From Gemmatimonadaceae bacterium (GTDB lineage: Bacteria; Gemmatimonadota; Gemmatimonadetes; Gemmatimonadales; Gemmatimonadaceae): 64,000 bases of DNA. The DNA lies in assembly GCA_051859245.1 (NCBI GenBank), contig JBHYGA010000005.1, forward strand, positions 795,537 through 859,536. Direction: 5' to 3'. Position 1 is the first letter of the stretch; each line of letters starts with the position of its first letter. Positions 39,026 through 47,004 of this stretch are shown piece by piece. Both the position numbers and the translations under genes were made by a program. The notes under the pieces are model-generated. The model worked only from the letters and a program-made list of their open reading frames with translations, had not been told where the DNA came from and made no database searches.

Positions 39026-40072
39026 ATGTACACCACCTGTATCTTTTGTCACGCAGCGCTCGGCGCCAACGACGTTATTGAACAGTTCCCTGTTGGCCGT
39101 CGCATCGCATTCGACGCCGATCAGGGTCGCCTGTGGGTCGTGTGTCCCAAGTGTGAACGCTGGAATCTCTCGCCGTTTGAAACACGCTGGGAAGCGATAG
39201 AAGAAGCGGAGCGTCAATACCGAAATACACGCCGCCGTGTCGCCACCGACAACATTGCCCTCGCGCGTCTGCCTGAGGGACTAGAGCTCGTGCGCATCGG
39301 TCGACCGCTCAGACCAGAGTTTGCGGCGTGGCGATACGGTGATCAGTTCGGACGTCGACGGCGGCGCCTCTTGGGCTATGGCTTGGGAGGGGCGGCATTG
39401 GCGGCGGTGGGTGTCGTCGCCGTCGGACCGGCCGTTGCGGTTGGCGCGGGATTGGGTTTTCTCCCCTCGCTCGTCAACCTCGGCAATACGCTCCTCCATT
39501 ATTCCCGTCCCGTTGCGCGTATGCATGACCGCAACGGTGACGTACTCGGACTCACTCGAAACAATCTTGTGCATGCGGAGCTGAGTGTTTTCAGTGAAAA
39601 CGCGGTCGCGCTCACTTTCGACCATCGTCGCTTCGCGCGCGACGGTGCACTATCCTCGAGGTTGGGCGTAGCCGGGAAAGGACGCGCCGAGCTACACGGC
39701 GACGAGGCACTCCGCGCGCTCGCCAGTCTGTTGCCCGCGCTTAATCGAAGTGGCGGAAGCGATCGATCCGTAGCACGAGCGGTACACGCAGTAGAAGCGG
39801 CGGGGTCAATCGGCACGTTGCTACAGCACGCGTCCAATTCTGATCGCCGGTCTCCGCTCAGCGTGGCCGCATGGTCAAGTGGGAGTACGCATCGTCATGC
39901 GCTGATCACGTACACCACACCCATGCGCCTCGCGCTCGAAATGGCGCTACACGAAGACGATGAACGCCGCGCGATGGCCGGTGAACTCGGCGCGCTCTAC
40001 GCCCGGTGGGAAGAAGCCGAGCGTGTGGCCAGGATTGCAGATGGCGAGCTGACGTCACTGCCGAACGCTTAG
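39026..40072 (+). CDS. Uncharacterised CxxC...CxxC membrane protein, paralog 1 of 4
   Basis: MYTTCIFC...CPKCERWNLSP...PEFAAWRYGDQ; Gly-rich hydrophobic hairpin; C-terminal LALEMALHEDDERRAMAGEL. Confidence 0.88.
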   Translation: MYTTCIFCHAALGANDVIEQFPVGRRIAFDADQGRLWVVCPKCERWNLSPFETRWEAIEEAERQYRNTRRRVATDNIALARLPEGLELVRIGRPLRPEFAAWRYGDQFGRRRRRLLGYGLGGAALAAVGVVAVGPAVAVGAGLGFLPSLVNLGNTLLHYSRPVARMHDRNGDVLGLTRNNLVHAELSVFSENAVALTFDHRRFARDGALSSRLGVAGKGRAELHGDEALRALASLLPALNRSGGSDRSVARAVHAVEAAGSIGTLLQHASNSDRRSPLSVAAWSSGSTHRHALITYTTPMRLALEMALHEDDERRAMAGELGALYARWEEAERVARIADGELTSLPNA

Positions 40073-40080
40073 TCAGAGCA

Positions 40081-40098
40081 ATGGACTGATCGGTCCAT
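40081..40098. promoter_or_regulatory. 18-bp near-perfect palindrome, candidate operator or hairpin
   Basis: ATGGACTGA|TCGGTCCAT, 8 of 9 positions complementary, intergenic. Confidence 0.5.
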
Positions 40099-40121
40099 CA
40101 GGCGTGGTGGGCGAGGCCGAC

Positions 40122-40134
40122 TAGTATTCTCGCC
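40122..40134 (+). promoter_or_regulatory. Putative -10 element of a leaderless transcript
   Basis: TAGTAT 7 nt upstream of ATG 40135; no Shine-Dalgarno. Confidence 0.45.
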
Positions 40135-42492
40135 ATGCGTCTCCTGTTGCTCTGTCTGCTGCTCGTCACATCGGCCCCGCTCGCTCTGGCGCAGCGTGGC
40201 GACTCGCGCGTCTATCACGCGCGCGACGGCAACACTGCCGTGGCCCTGAGCGCGCCGGTTGATGCCACCATTGTTATCGATGGCAAGCTCGATGAGCCGG
40301 TGTGGAGCAGTGCGGCCAGACTCACGGGCTTTTCCATGTACCGGCCGGTGGATCAGCAGGCCGCGCCGGATTCCACCGAGATTCTTGTCTGGTATTCATC
40401 GGCCGCGCTTCACATTGGCGTGCGTGCGTTTGAAACGCATGGCGCGGTGCGGGCAACGCTGGCAGATCGCGATCGTGTCGCCAGCGATGATCACGTGGAG
40501 ATTCATCTCGACACCTTCGATGAGCGTCGACGCGCGTTTGTCTTTATGGTGAACGCACTCGGCATTCAGGCCGACGGCACAAAAGCCGAAGGTGGTGGAT
40601 TCATTCCCGGCTCGAACGTGGCACCTGGTCAGAATGATCTGAGTCCGGACTTTCAGTGGCAGTCGCGCGGTGAGGTCACCGACTACGGCTATGAAGTGGA
40701 GCTGCGCATTCCGTTCAGCAGCCTGCGATTTCCCGAAGGCGGGCCGCAGCGTTGGGGCTTTCAGGTCATTCGCCACGTGCAACACAGCGGCTACCAGCAA
40801 ACGTGGACACCCGCGCGGCAGGGCGCCGCGTCATTCGTTGGGCAGGCCGGTTCGCTCGAAGGTCTGCGCGACATGCGACATGGTCTCGATGTGACGCTGA
40901 ATCCGGAGCTGACCACCAGCGTGGCTGGTGTGCCGGCAGTGGCTGGTTCCGGCGACGCATGGCAATACACCAACACGCCGCGCATTGGTGGCAACATTCG
41001 CGCTGGCCTCGGCAGCAACTTCGTGCTTAACGGCGCCATCCGACCGGATTTTTCGCAGGTGGAAGCAGACGCGTTGCAGGTGGCCGCCGATCCACGCTTC
41101 GCGCTCTTTTATCCCGAACGCCGTCCCTTCTTCGTGGAAGGTTCGGATCAGTTCAACGTGCCCAATACGCTGGTGTACACGCGTCGCATTGTGCAGCCGG
41201 ATGCAGCGCTCAAACTCACGGGCAGGGTAGGGCGCGGCAATATTTCGTTGCTCTCTGCGATTGAGGCCCCGGTCGCCGGCAGCAATGACAGTCGACCCAT
41301 CGCAAACATTGTACGCCTCACACGCGATTTTGACGAGCAATCGCAAGCTGGTCTGTTGTACAGCGAGCGTGTTGGCGGAGGTTCAGCGAATCGTGTCATT
41401 GGCGCAGACGTGCGACATGTGTTCGGAGGCCTGTATTTCTTGCAGCTGCAGGCCGCAACGGCAATCACGCGAGCTGCGGCGCGCACGCGCAACGGTTCGC
41501 TATGGGAAGCCACGGTCGATCGCACCGGACGTTCGTGGGGGTTCAATTACAAGCTGCTCGGCATTCAGCCCGACTTTCGTGCCGACAACGGCTTTGTCGC
41601 GCGCACGGGTTATGTGCAACCCGCGCTGAATAACCGCATCACGATTTTCGGCACACCTGGTAAGCTGTTCGAACGTTACAACGTGTTTATTGGCACCTCG
41701 GGGTTGTGGCGCTACGATGACTTCTTCGCAAGTCGGCGTGTGCTCGAAACACGCTTTAGCGCGAACAATCAGGTCACCTTTCGCAAAGGCTGGTCGGTAT
41801 CGTTCACGCCTTCGTACTCCGGCTACGCGTTTGATCCGGCTGCATTTGCCAATCTCGGCACGGGCAATGGCACGGCAACGCCCGACGCATTCGTGCCGGC
41901 GCGCCAACTCAATGCCACCAGCTTTGCCTTCTCTGTATCAACACCGCAGTTCCGCCGCTTCTTCGCATCGGCTGGGGTGACACAAGCACGCGATGTGGAT
42001 TTCGCCGAAACCACGCCGGTCGACCGCACGGCCGTGACCGCCGAGCTCACGTTGCGTCCCACGGAGCGTTTGCGCGCGAACGCAACCTACGCGAGCAACG
42101 AGTTCGTGCGCACGGCCGACGGTCTCTCAAGCTTCTCCACGCGCATTCCGCGACTGCGTGTGGAGTATCAGCTCTCGCGCTTTGTGTTTGTACGCGTGGT
42201 GTCGCAGTATGAAGCCAATCGACGCGAGCCGTTGCGCGACTATCGCACGGGACTCGCGCTGCTGGAGCGACAGTCTGACGGTACGTACGTGCCGTCCGTG
42301 CGTCGCAGCAGCAACGTACTGCGCACAGACTGGCTGTTCTCCTTTCGCCCGAGGCCAGGAACCACGCTGTTTGCGGGCTACGGGAGCAGTCTCACCGAAC
42401 CAGATGCGTTGGCGTTCAGTTCGCTGCGGCGCGCGAGCGACGGCATTTTCATTAAGGCGAGCCTGTTCTTGCAGCGAAAGGCGTTTCAGTAA
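40135..42492 (+). CDS. CBM9-like/DUF5916 outer-membrane protein
   Basis: Signal peptide; IDGKLDEPVW, VELRIPFSSLRF (CBM9-like); PDFSQVEAD, LFYPERRPFFVEG, YTRRI (DUF5916); barrel-like C-terminus. Confidence 0.85.
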   Translation: MRLLLLCLLLVTSAPLALAQRGDSRVYHARDGNTAVALSAPVDATIVIDGKLDEPVWSSAARLTGFSMYRPVDQQAAPDSTEILVWYSSAALHIGVRAFETHGAVRATLADRDRVASDDHVEIHLDTFDERRRAFVFMVNALGIQADGTKAEGGGFIPGSNVAPGQNDLSPDFQWQSRGEVTDYGYEVELRIPFSSLRFPEGGPQRWGFQVIRHVQHSGYQQTWTPARQGAASFVGQAGSLEGLRDMRHGLDVTLNPELTTSVAGVPAVAGSGDAWQYTNTPRIGGNIRAGLGSNFVLNGAIRPDFSQVEADALQVAADPRFALFYPERRPFFVEGSDQFNVPNTLVYTRRIVQPDAALKLTGRVGRGNISLLSAIEAPVAGSNDSRPIANIVRLTRDFDEQSQAGLLYSERVGGGSANRVIGADVRHVFGGLYFLQLQAATAITRAAARTRNGSLWEATVDRTGRSWGFNYKLLGIQPDFRADNGFVARTGYVQPALNNRITIFGTPGKLFERYNVFIGTSGLWRYDDFFASRRVLETRFSANNQVTFRKGWSVSFTPSYSGYAFDPAAFANLGTGNGTATPDAFVPARQLNATSFAFSVSTPQFRRFFASAGVTQARDVDFAETTPVDRTAVTAELTLRPTERLRANATYASNEFVRTADGLSSFSTRIPRLRVEYQLSRFVFVRVVSQYEANRREPLRDYRTGLALLERQSDGTYVPSVRRSSNVLRTDWLFSFRPRPGTTLFAGYGSSLTEPDALAFSSLRRASDGIFIKASLFLQRKAFQ

Positions 42493-42521
42493 AGCAAGTC
42501 AGTGTGTGCTACGCACGAAGT

Positions 42522-43379
42522 CTACTTGGCGATCACGCGCCGCTTCATATCGTAACGAGTGCCGGGGCCGAGTTTCACGAACGGCGCTGCTGCTGTCGGT
42601 TTGCTCCGATCGTGCACCGCCACATCGGCCTTGCCCAGCACTTCAAACGTGTCGCCCTGCACCACGATGGCGGTGCTTTCTGACAATCCGATCCCAATGT
42701 ATTCGGGGAACTTGTCCATCACCGGAATCAGATCGTTCCAGCGATTGCGCGCGTCAACGTGCTGGTCAATGGCGGACTTGCGCAGAAAATCGAATGCATC
42801 CTGATGCTCCGGTTCCGGCGCCATCATGATCTGCGGTCCGGCCACCGCACCGCGCACCAGATACGTGCCCTGAATCGTGGCGCCCGCCGAGCTGCCACCG
42901 ATCACGCCGCCGCGCGTGAGTACACGGTGAAATGCATGATACGATTTCGTGCCCGCGTACGAGTCCGCAATGTTCCACTGTCGCCCGCCATTAAACCACA
43001 CGCCTTTGGCGTCGAGCAGCAGCGAGCTGAACGAATCGGTATCGGCAATCTTTCGGTCATGCGTGTGCAGCATGTGCACGTTGGTGAGACCGCGTGCTTT
43101 CCACGACGCGAGCACGCGCGTTGCGTCGTAGGGAATAAGCGTGCCGTCTGGCCGCGCATTGCCGCCGGCCGTAGGAACGATCACGATCTTTGCATGCGGT
43201 CCGCCGGCGAGCTCCACAAAACGTTCGATAATGCCGGTGCCGTCCAGCTGTCCGCCCCCCGCAATCACCAGACTTCCGTTCGCTGGGCCGTGAACTGGCG
43301 CGTCTTGCGCCGGCAGTCGCACGCCGAGCAGTAGCAATCCTGTCATCAGTGGGTGCAGCAGTCGTTGCAGGCGTGACAT
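42522..43379 (-). CDS. Cyanophycinase-like peptidase (S51 family) with signal peptide
   Basis: LVIAGGG, IVPTA, WFNGGRQ, GGSSAGA (Ser), IDQH (His), GLSESTA (Glu); hydrophobic N-terminus ending LPAQ. Confidence 0.88.
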   Translation of the reverse strand: MSRLQRLLHPLMTGLLLLGVRLPAQDAPVHGPANGSLVIAGGGQLDGTGIIERFVELAGGPHAKIVIVPTAGGNARPDGTLIPYDATRVLASWKARGLTNVHMLHTHDRKIADTDSFSSLLLDAKGVWFNGGRQWNIADSYAGTKSYHAFHRVLTRGGVIGGSSAGATIQGTYLVRGAVAGPQIMMAPEPEHQDAFDFLRKSAIDQHVDARNRWNDLIPVMDKFPEYIGIGLSESTAIVVQGDTFEVLGKADVAVHDRSKPTAAAPFVKLGPGTRYDMKRRVIAK

Positions 43380-43503
43380 GCAGTCGCTCGGAGATGCGGT
43401 GTGGGTTATGGTCGGGCTCGCTCTCAATGATGGCGTGACGGCACCGTGACGTCCAGCGATGTGGGCTCTTGTTCTGATCGTGCCTGCGCACGAAGTTGCC
43501 ACG

Positions 43504-44529
43504 GTGTTTGCGACCTGCCTCTTCTGCCACAGTTCGCTCGGCGCCAATCAGAGCATCGAGCACTTCCCGGTGGGCAAACGTCTCGCGTTCGATGCGGAGC
43601 GGGGCCGGCTCTGGGCCGTGTGTCTGCGATGTGGGCGGTGGAACCTGTCGCCGCTTGAGGAACGATGGGAGGCGATTGAGGAGTGCGAGCGCGCGTATCG
43701 CGGCACCACGCAGCGCGTGTCGACGGACAACATCGCGTTGGCCCGCCTCAAGGATGGCACCGATTTGGTGCGCATCGGGCGTCCGTTGTTGCCGGAGTTC
43801 GCGGCGTGGCGGTACGGAGATCAGCTGGGGGTGCGGCGTAAACGGCATAACGCCATCGCAACAATTGGCGGCATCTCAAGCTTAGGGCACTTCGGTTTGG
43901 TAGGGTTGATGGCAGCAGATGTCGTCACCGGCGCGGGTTTCTCAATGCTTTCCATCGGCATCAACACCGTGTCGATAGCGGCGGGGAAAAAGCAGGATCG
44001 TCCGGTAACGCACGTGGCCGTGCCCGGTGTCGCACGCCTGCCCATGCGTGCGATTGAGTCTTACGACACAACGGTATCGTTCGACAATGACCGGCAGATG
44101 CGGCTCCACGTGACACTCCGCGTACCCCGGGCTCGGCTGCGTTTCTTCAGTGCGAAACAGCGTTTCACGCTCACGGGGGACGCGGCACGCAAGGGCCTGA
44201 GCAGCGCGATTGTTGGCGTGAACCATCGAGGAGCAAAGAACGCAGAAGTGAAGGCCGCGGTCGCGGAAGCAGAGCGTTCCACAACGGCGCAGACGTTGCT
44301 CGATCGTTTCGCGGAGAACGCCCGCAACAGCTCGGAGTTCTACCCCGGCGTTCTCGCTCACAAGCCCCCCGAACAACGCTTCGCCCTCGAAATGTTGCTC
44401 CACGAAGAAGACGAACGTCGCGCCATGGCGGGCGAACTCGGCGACCTCTACGCGCGTTGGCAAGACGCCGAGCGCATCGCTAACATCGCTGACGCCGAGC
44501 TTACACCACTGCCGAGCAACGAGTCGTAA
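43504..44529 (+). CDS. Uncharacterised CxxC...CxxC membrane protein, paralog 2 of 4
   Basis: GTG start aligned with the paralogs: FATCLFC...CLRCGRWNLSP...; FALEMLLHEEDERRAMAGEL. Confidence 0.88.
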   Translation: MFATCLFCHSSLGANQSIEHFPVGKRLAFDAERGRLWAVCLRCGRWNLSPLEERWEAIEECERAYRGTTQRVSTDNIALARLKDGTDLVRIGRPLLPEFAAWRYGDQLGVRRKRHNAIATIGGISSLGHFGLVGLMAADVVTGAGFSMLSIGINTVSIAAGKKQDRPVTHVAVPGVARLPMRAIESYDTTVSFDNDRQMRLHVTLRVPRARLRFFSAKQRFTLTGDAARKGLSSAIVGVNHRGAKNAEVKAAVAEAERSTTAQTLLDRFAENARNSSEFYPGVLAHKPPEQRFALEMLLHEEDERRAMAGELGDLYARWQDAERIANIADAELTPLPSNES

Positions 44530-44532
44530 CGC

Positions 44533-45546
44533 GTGTTCGCCACCTGTTTGTTCTGTCTGAAGTCGCTCGGTGCAAACCAGCGCATCGAGCACTTCCCGAT
44601 CGGCCGTCGTCTCGCGTTCGATGCGGAACGCGGTCGACTCTGGGCCGTGTGCACGAAGTGTGGCCGCTGGAATCTCACGCCACTCGAGGAACGGTGGGAA
44701 GCGATTGAGGAGTGTGAGCGGGCGTATCGCGCTGAGCGTCGTCGTGTGTCGACCGATCACATTGGTCTCGCGCGACTAAACGAGGGTACGGATCTTGTGC
44801 GTATCGGCCAACCGTTGCTGCCAGAGTTCGCGGCGTGGCGCTACGGTGAGCAACTGCGCAGCAGGCGAAAACGCTGGCTTTGGACCACGGCACTCGTGGC
44901 GGGCGCACCAGTGGCGATTCTCGCACTGCAAGGATTCGCCCTCTACCATTGGCTGGGCGTAGGCGCGTTGACCTTGGGTGGCGCGCAGATTGGCCAGAGC
45001 GTGTCTACGTTGATCGAAGCGCGTCGTCCTATCGGCAAGATCAGGCTGCCAGATGGAACGGTGGAGCCCATGATGGCGCGACACCTCGACGCGTCAGTGA
45101 TCAACGTGAGCCCCGAAGGCGACGTCAACGCTGAGATTCACTATCGCGAGCGCAGTCGCCTCGGGCCACTCACCGCGATCGATCGGGTGTTGCGAGTGAG
45201 TGGGCCTGAGGCACGACCAGTGCTTCGTGATGTGATGCCCGTGTTCAACGGCGCCGGCGGAAGCCGCCTTGAGGTGCATGAAGCAGTGCAGACCGTGCAG
45301 CACGTGGGCGACGAACTCACACTGCTCAAGCGCTACGGCGCGCATCGGCTCAATCCAGAACGCCGGAGTGGTGCCCTCAGCACATCGCGCTTCTACCTGG
45401 CCCTTGAAATGCTGCTCCACGAAGAAGACGAGCGCCGCGCCATGGCCGGCGAACTCGGAGAACTCTACGCGCGCTGGGAAGACGCCGAACGCATTGCCAA
45501 GATCGCGGACGGAGAGCTCACGGTACTCGCGAACAGCGAGACATAA
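44533..45546 (+). CDS. Uncharacterised CxxC...CxxC membrane protein, paralog 3 of 4
   Basis: Same conserved ends as the other paralogs; starts 3 nt after the paralog 2 stop. Confidence 0.9.
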   Translation: MFATCLFCLKSLGANQRIEHFPIGRRLAFDAERGRLWAVCTKCGRWNLTPLEERWEAIEECERAYRAERRRVSTDHIGLARLNEGTDLVRIGQPLLPEFAAWRYGEQLRSRRKRWLWTTALVAGAPVAILALQGFALYHWLGVGALTLGGAQIGQSVSTLIEARRPIGKIRLPDGTVEPMMARHLDASVINVSPEGDVNAEIHYRERSRLGPLTAIDRVLRVSGPEARPVLRDVMPVFNGAGGSRLEVHEAVQTVQHVGDELTLLKRYGAHRLNPERRSGALSTSRFYLALEMLLHEEDERRAMAGELGELYARWEDAERIAKIADGELTVLANSET

Positions 45547-45549
45547 CGC

Positions 45550-46572
45550 GTGTTCGCAACCTGTCTTTTTTGCCTCAAACCGCTCGGTGCCAACCAGCGC
45601 ATCGAACATTTTCCGATCGGGCGTCGCCTGGCATTCGATGCCGACCGTGGTCGTCTCTGGGCGGTGTGCACACACTGCGGACGCTGGAACCTCACACCGC
45701 TCGAAGAACGGTGGGAAGCCATTGAGGAATGTGAACGTGCGTATCGCGACGAACGTCGTCGCGTGTCAACGGATCACATTGGCCTCGCGCGTTTGAACGA
45801 CGGCACGGACCTGGTGCGCATTGGTCAACCGTTGCTGCCGGAGTTCGCGGCGTGGCGGTATGGCGAACAGTTGCGCCGTCGGGGCAAAAAGTTCGCAGCG
45901 AAGTTCGCGCTCGTGAGCGCCGCGCCGGTGGCACTCGCCGCTGGGTCACTGCTGGCGGGGAGACACTGGTTCGGCGTTGGCATGGCTTCGATCAGCGCGG
46001 TGCAGCTGACACAACTTGCCACCTCCTTCTATCAAGCTTCGCGCCCTGTTGGCCGTATCAAACTTGCCGACGGCACGCTTCAGCCGGTGAACATGCGACA
46101 AGTCGCCGCCTCCGTCATCAGCGCGACACCAGAAGGCGAGATCGACGCGAAAATTCACTTTGGTACGCGCGGCCGAACGAGTGCGTTCAAGGCGAACGAT
46201 CGCGTCCTGCATGTGAGCGGGCCTGAGGCTCGGCCGGTTTTGCGCGACGTGATTCACCTCTTCAACTATGCCGGCGCGAGTCGCCTCTCAGCGCACGAGG
46301 CGGTGCAAACCGTGCAGGAAGTGGGCGACGAACTCTCGCTGATCAAACGCTACAGCGCGCACCGAGTACGGCCCGAGCGAGGACGGGGCGCGATCCACAA
46401 TGGCAGTTTCTACCTCGCCCTCGAAATGCTCCTCCACGAAGAAGACGAACGCCGCGCCATGGCCGGCGAGCTCGGCGAACTCTATGCCCGCTGGGAAGAC
46501 GCCGAGCGCATCGCCAAAATCGTGGATGGCGAGCTCACGCCGCTGGGCACCAGCCCGGCCGCTCGCAGTTGA
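45550..46572 (+). CDS. Uncharacterised CxxC...CxxC membrane protein, paralog 4 of 4
   Basis: Same conserved ends as the other paralogs; starts 3 nt after the paralog 3 stop. Confidence 0.9.
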   Translation: MFATCLFCLKPLGANQRIEHFPIGRRLAFDADRGRLWAVCTHCGRWNLTPLEERWEAIEECERAYRDERRRVSTDHIGLARLNDGTDLVRIGQPLLPEFAAWRYGEQLRRRGKKFAAKFALVSAAPVALAAGSLLAGRHWFGVGMASISAVQLTQLATSFYQASRPVGRIKLADGTLQPVNMRQVAASVISATPEGEIDAKIHFGTRGRTSAFKANDRVLHVSGPEARPVLRDVIHLFNYAGASRLSAHEAVQTVQEVGDELSLIKRYSAHRVRPERGRGAIHNGSFYLALEMLLHEEDERRAMAGELGELYARWEDAERIAKIVDGELTPLGTSPAARS

Positions 46573-46635
46573 ACCGCAGCCCGTGATTGGGTACGTTTCT
46601 GGGTTGTAGTCTGACTCAACCTAAGTAGTGAAACG

Positions 46636-47001
46636 ATGCCGACTTACGAGTTTCGTTGTCCCGACGGCACGATCGTCGAAAAGTTCTTCAAAATCTCCGA
46701 AGTGCCAGACACTATTCCGTCGCCCAAGGGCGACGGCGACGCGGTGCGCATGATCACCGGCGGCGCGGGTCTCGTGTTCAAGGGCTCCGGCTTTTACATC
46801 ACGGATTACGGCAAGGACGGCAAGAAGGATCAGCGCGCCGCGCCGTCGACCACCAAGTCGGAGAGCGCGAGCTCGTTGTCGACGTCATCCGACGCGGCGC
46901 CTGCGGCCAAGTCTGATGCGAAGTCCGCGAGTGACTCCACGCCCAAGAGTGACAAGCCGGCCGCCGCAAGCACGCCGGCCACGCCGCCCAAAAAGGACTG
47001 A
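46636..47001 (+). CDS. FmdB-family zinc-ribbon-like protein with low-complexity tail
   Basis: MPTYEFRC, LVFKGSGFYITDY; S/A/K/P-rich C-terminus. Confidence 0.85.
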   Translation: MPTYEFRCPDGTIVEKFFKISEVPDTIPSPKGDGDAVRMITGGAGLVFKGSGFYITDYGKDGKKDQRAAPSTTKSESASSLSTSSDAAPAAKSDAKSASDSTPKSDKPAAASTPATPPKKD

Positions 47002-47004
47002 CCC

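Noticed and set aside
45391..45522. HEEDE in the paralog C-terminal block as a metalloprotease site
   Set aside because: It is not HEXXH; there is no second His.
39026..46572. Diversity-generating retroelement or invertase shufflon as the source of paralog variation
   Set aside because: No reverse transcriptase or recombinase in the window, no near-identical template/variable repeat pair, differences are not adenine-specific, and all copies are full-length and co-oriented.
43504..46572. CRISPR-like or non-coding repeat array
   Set aside because: The repeats are conserved coding ends of ~1-kb genes with synonymous variation, not short identical repeats with spacers.
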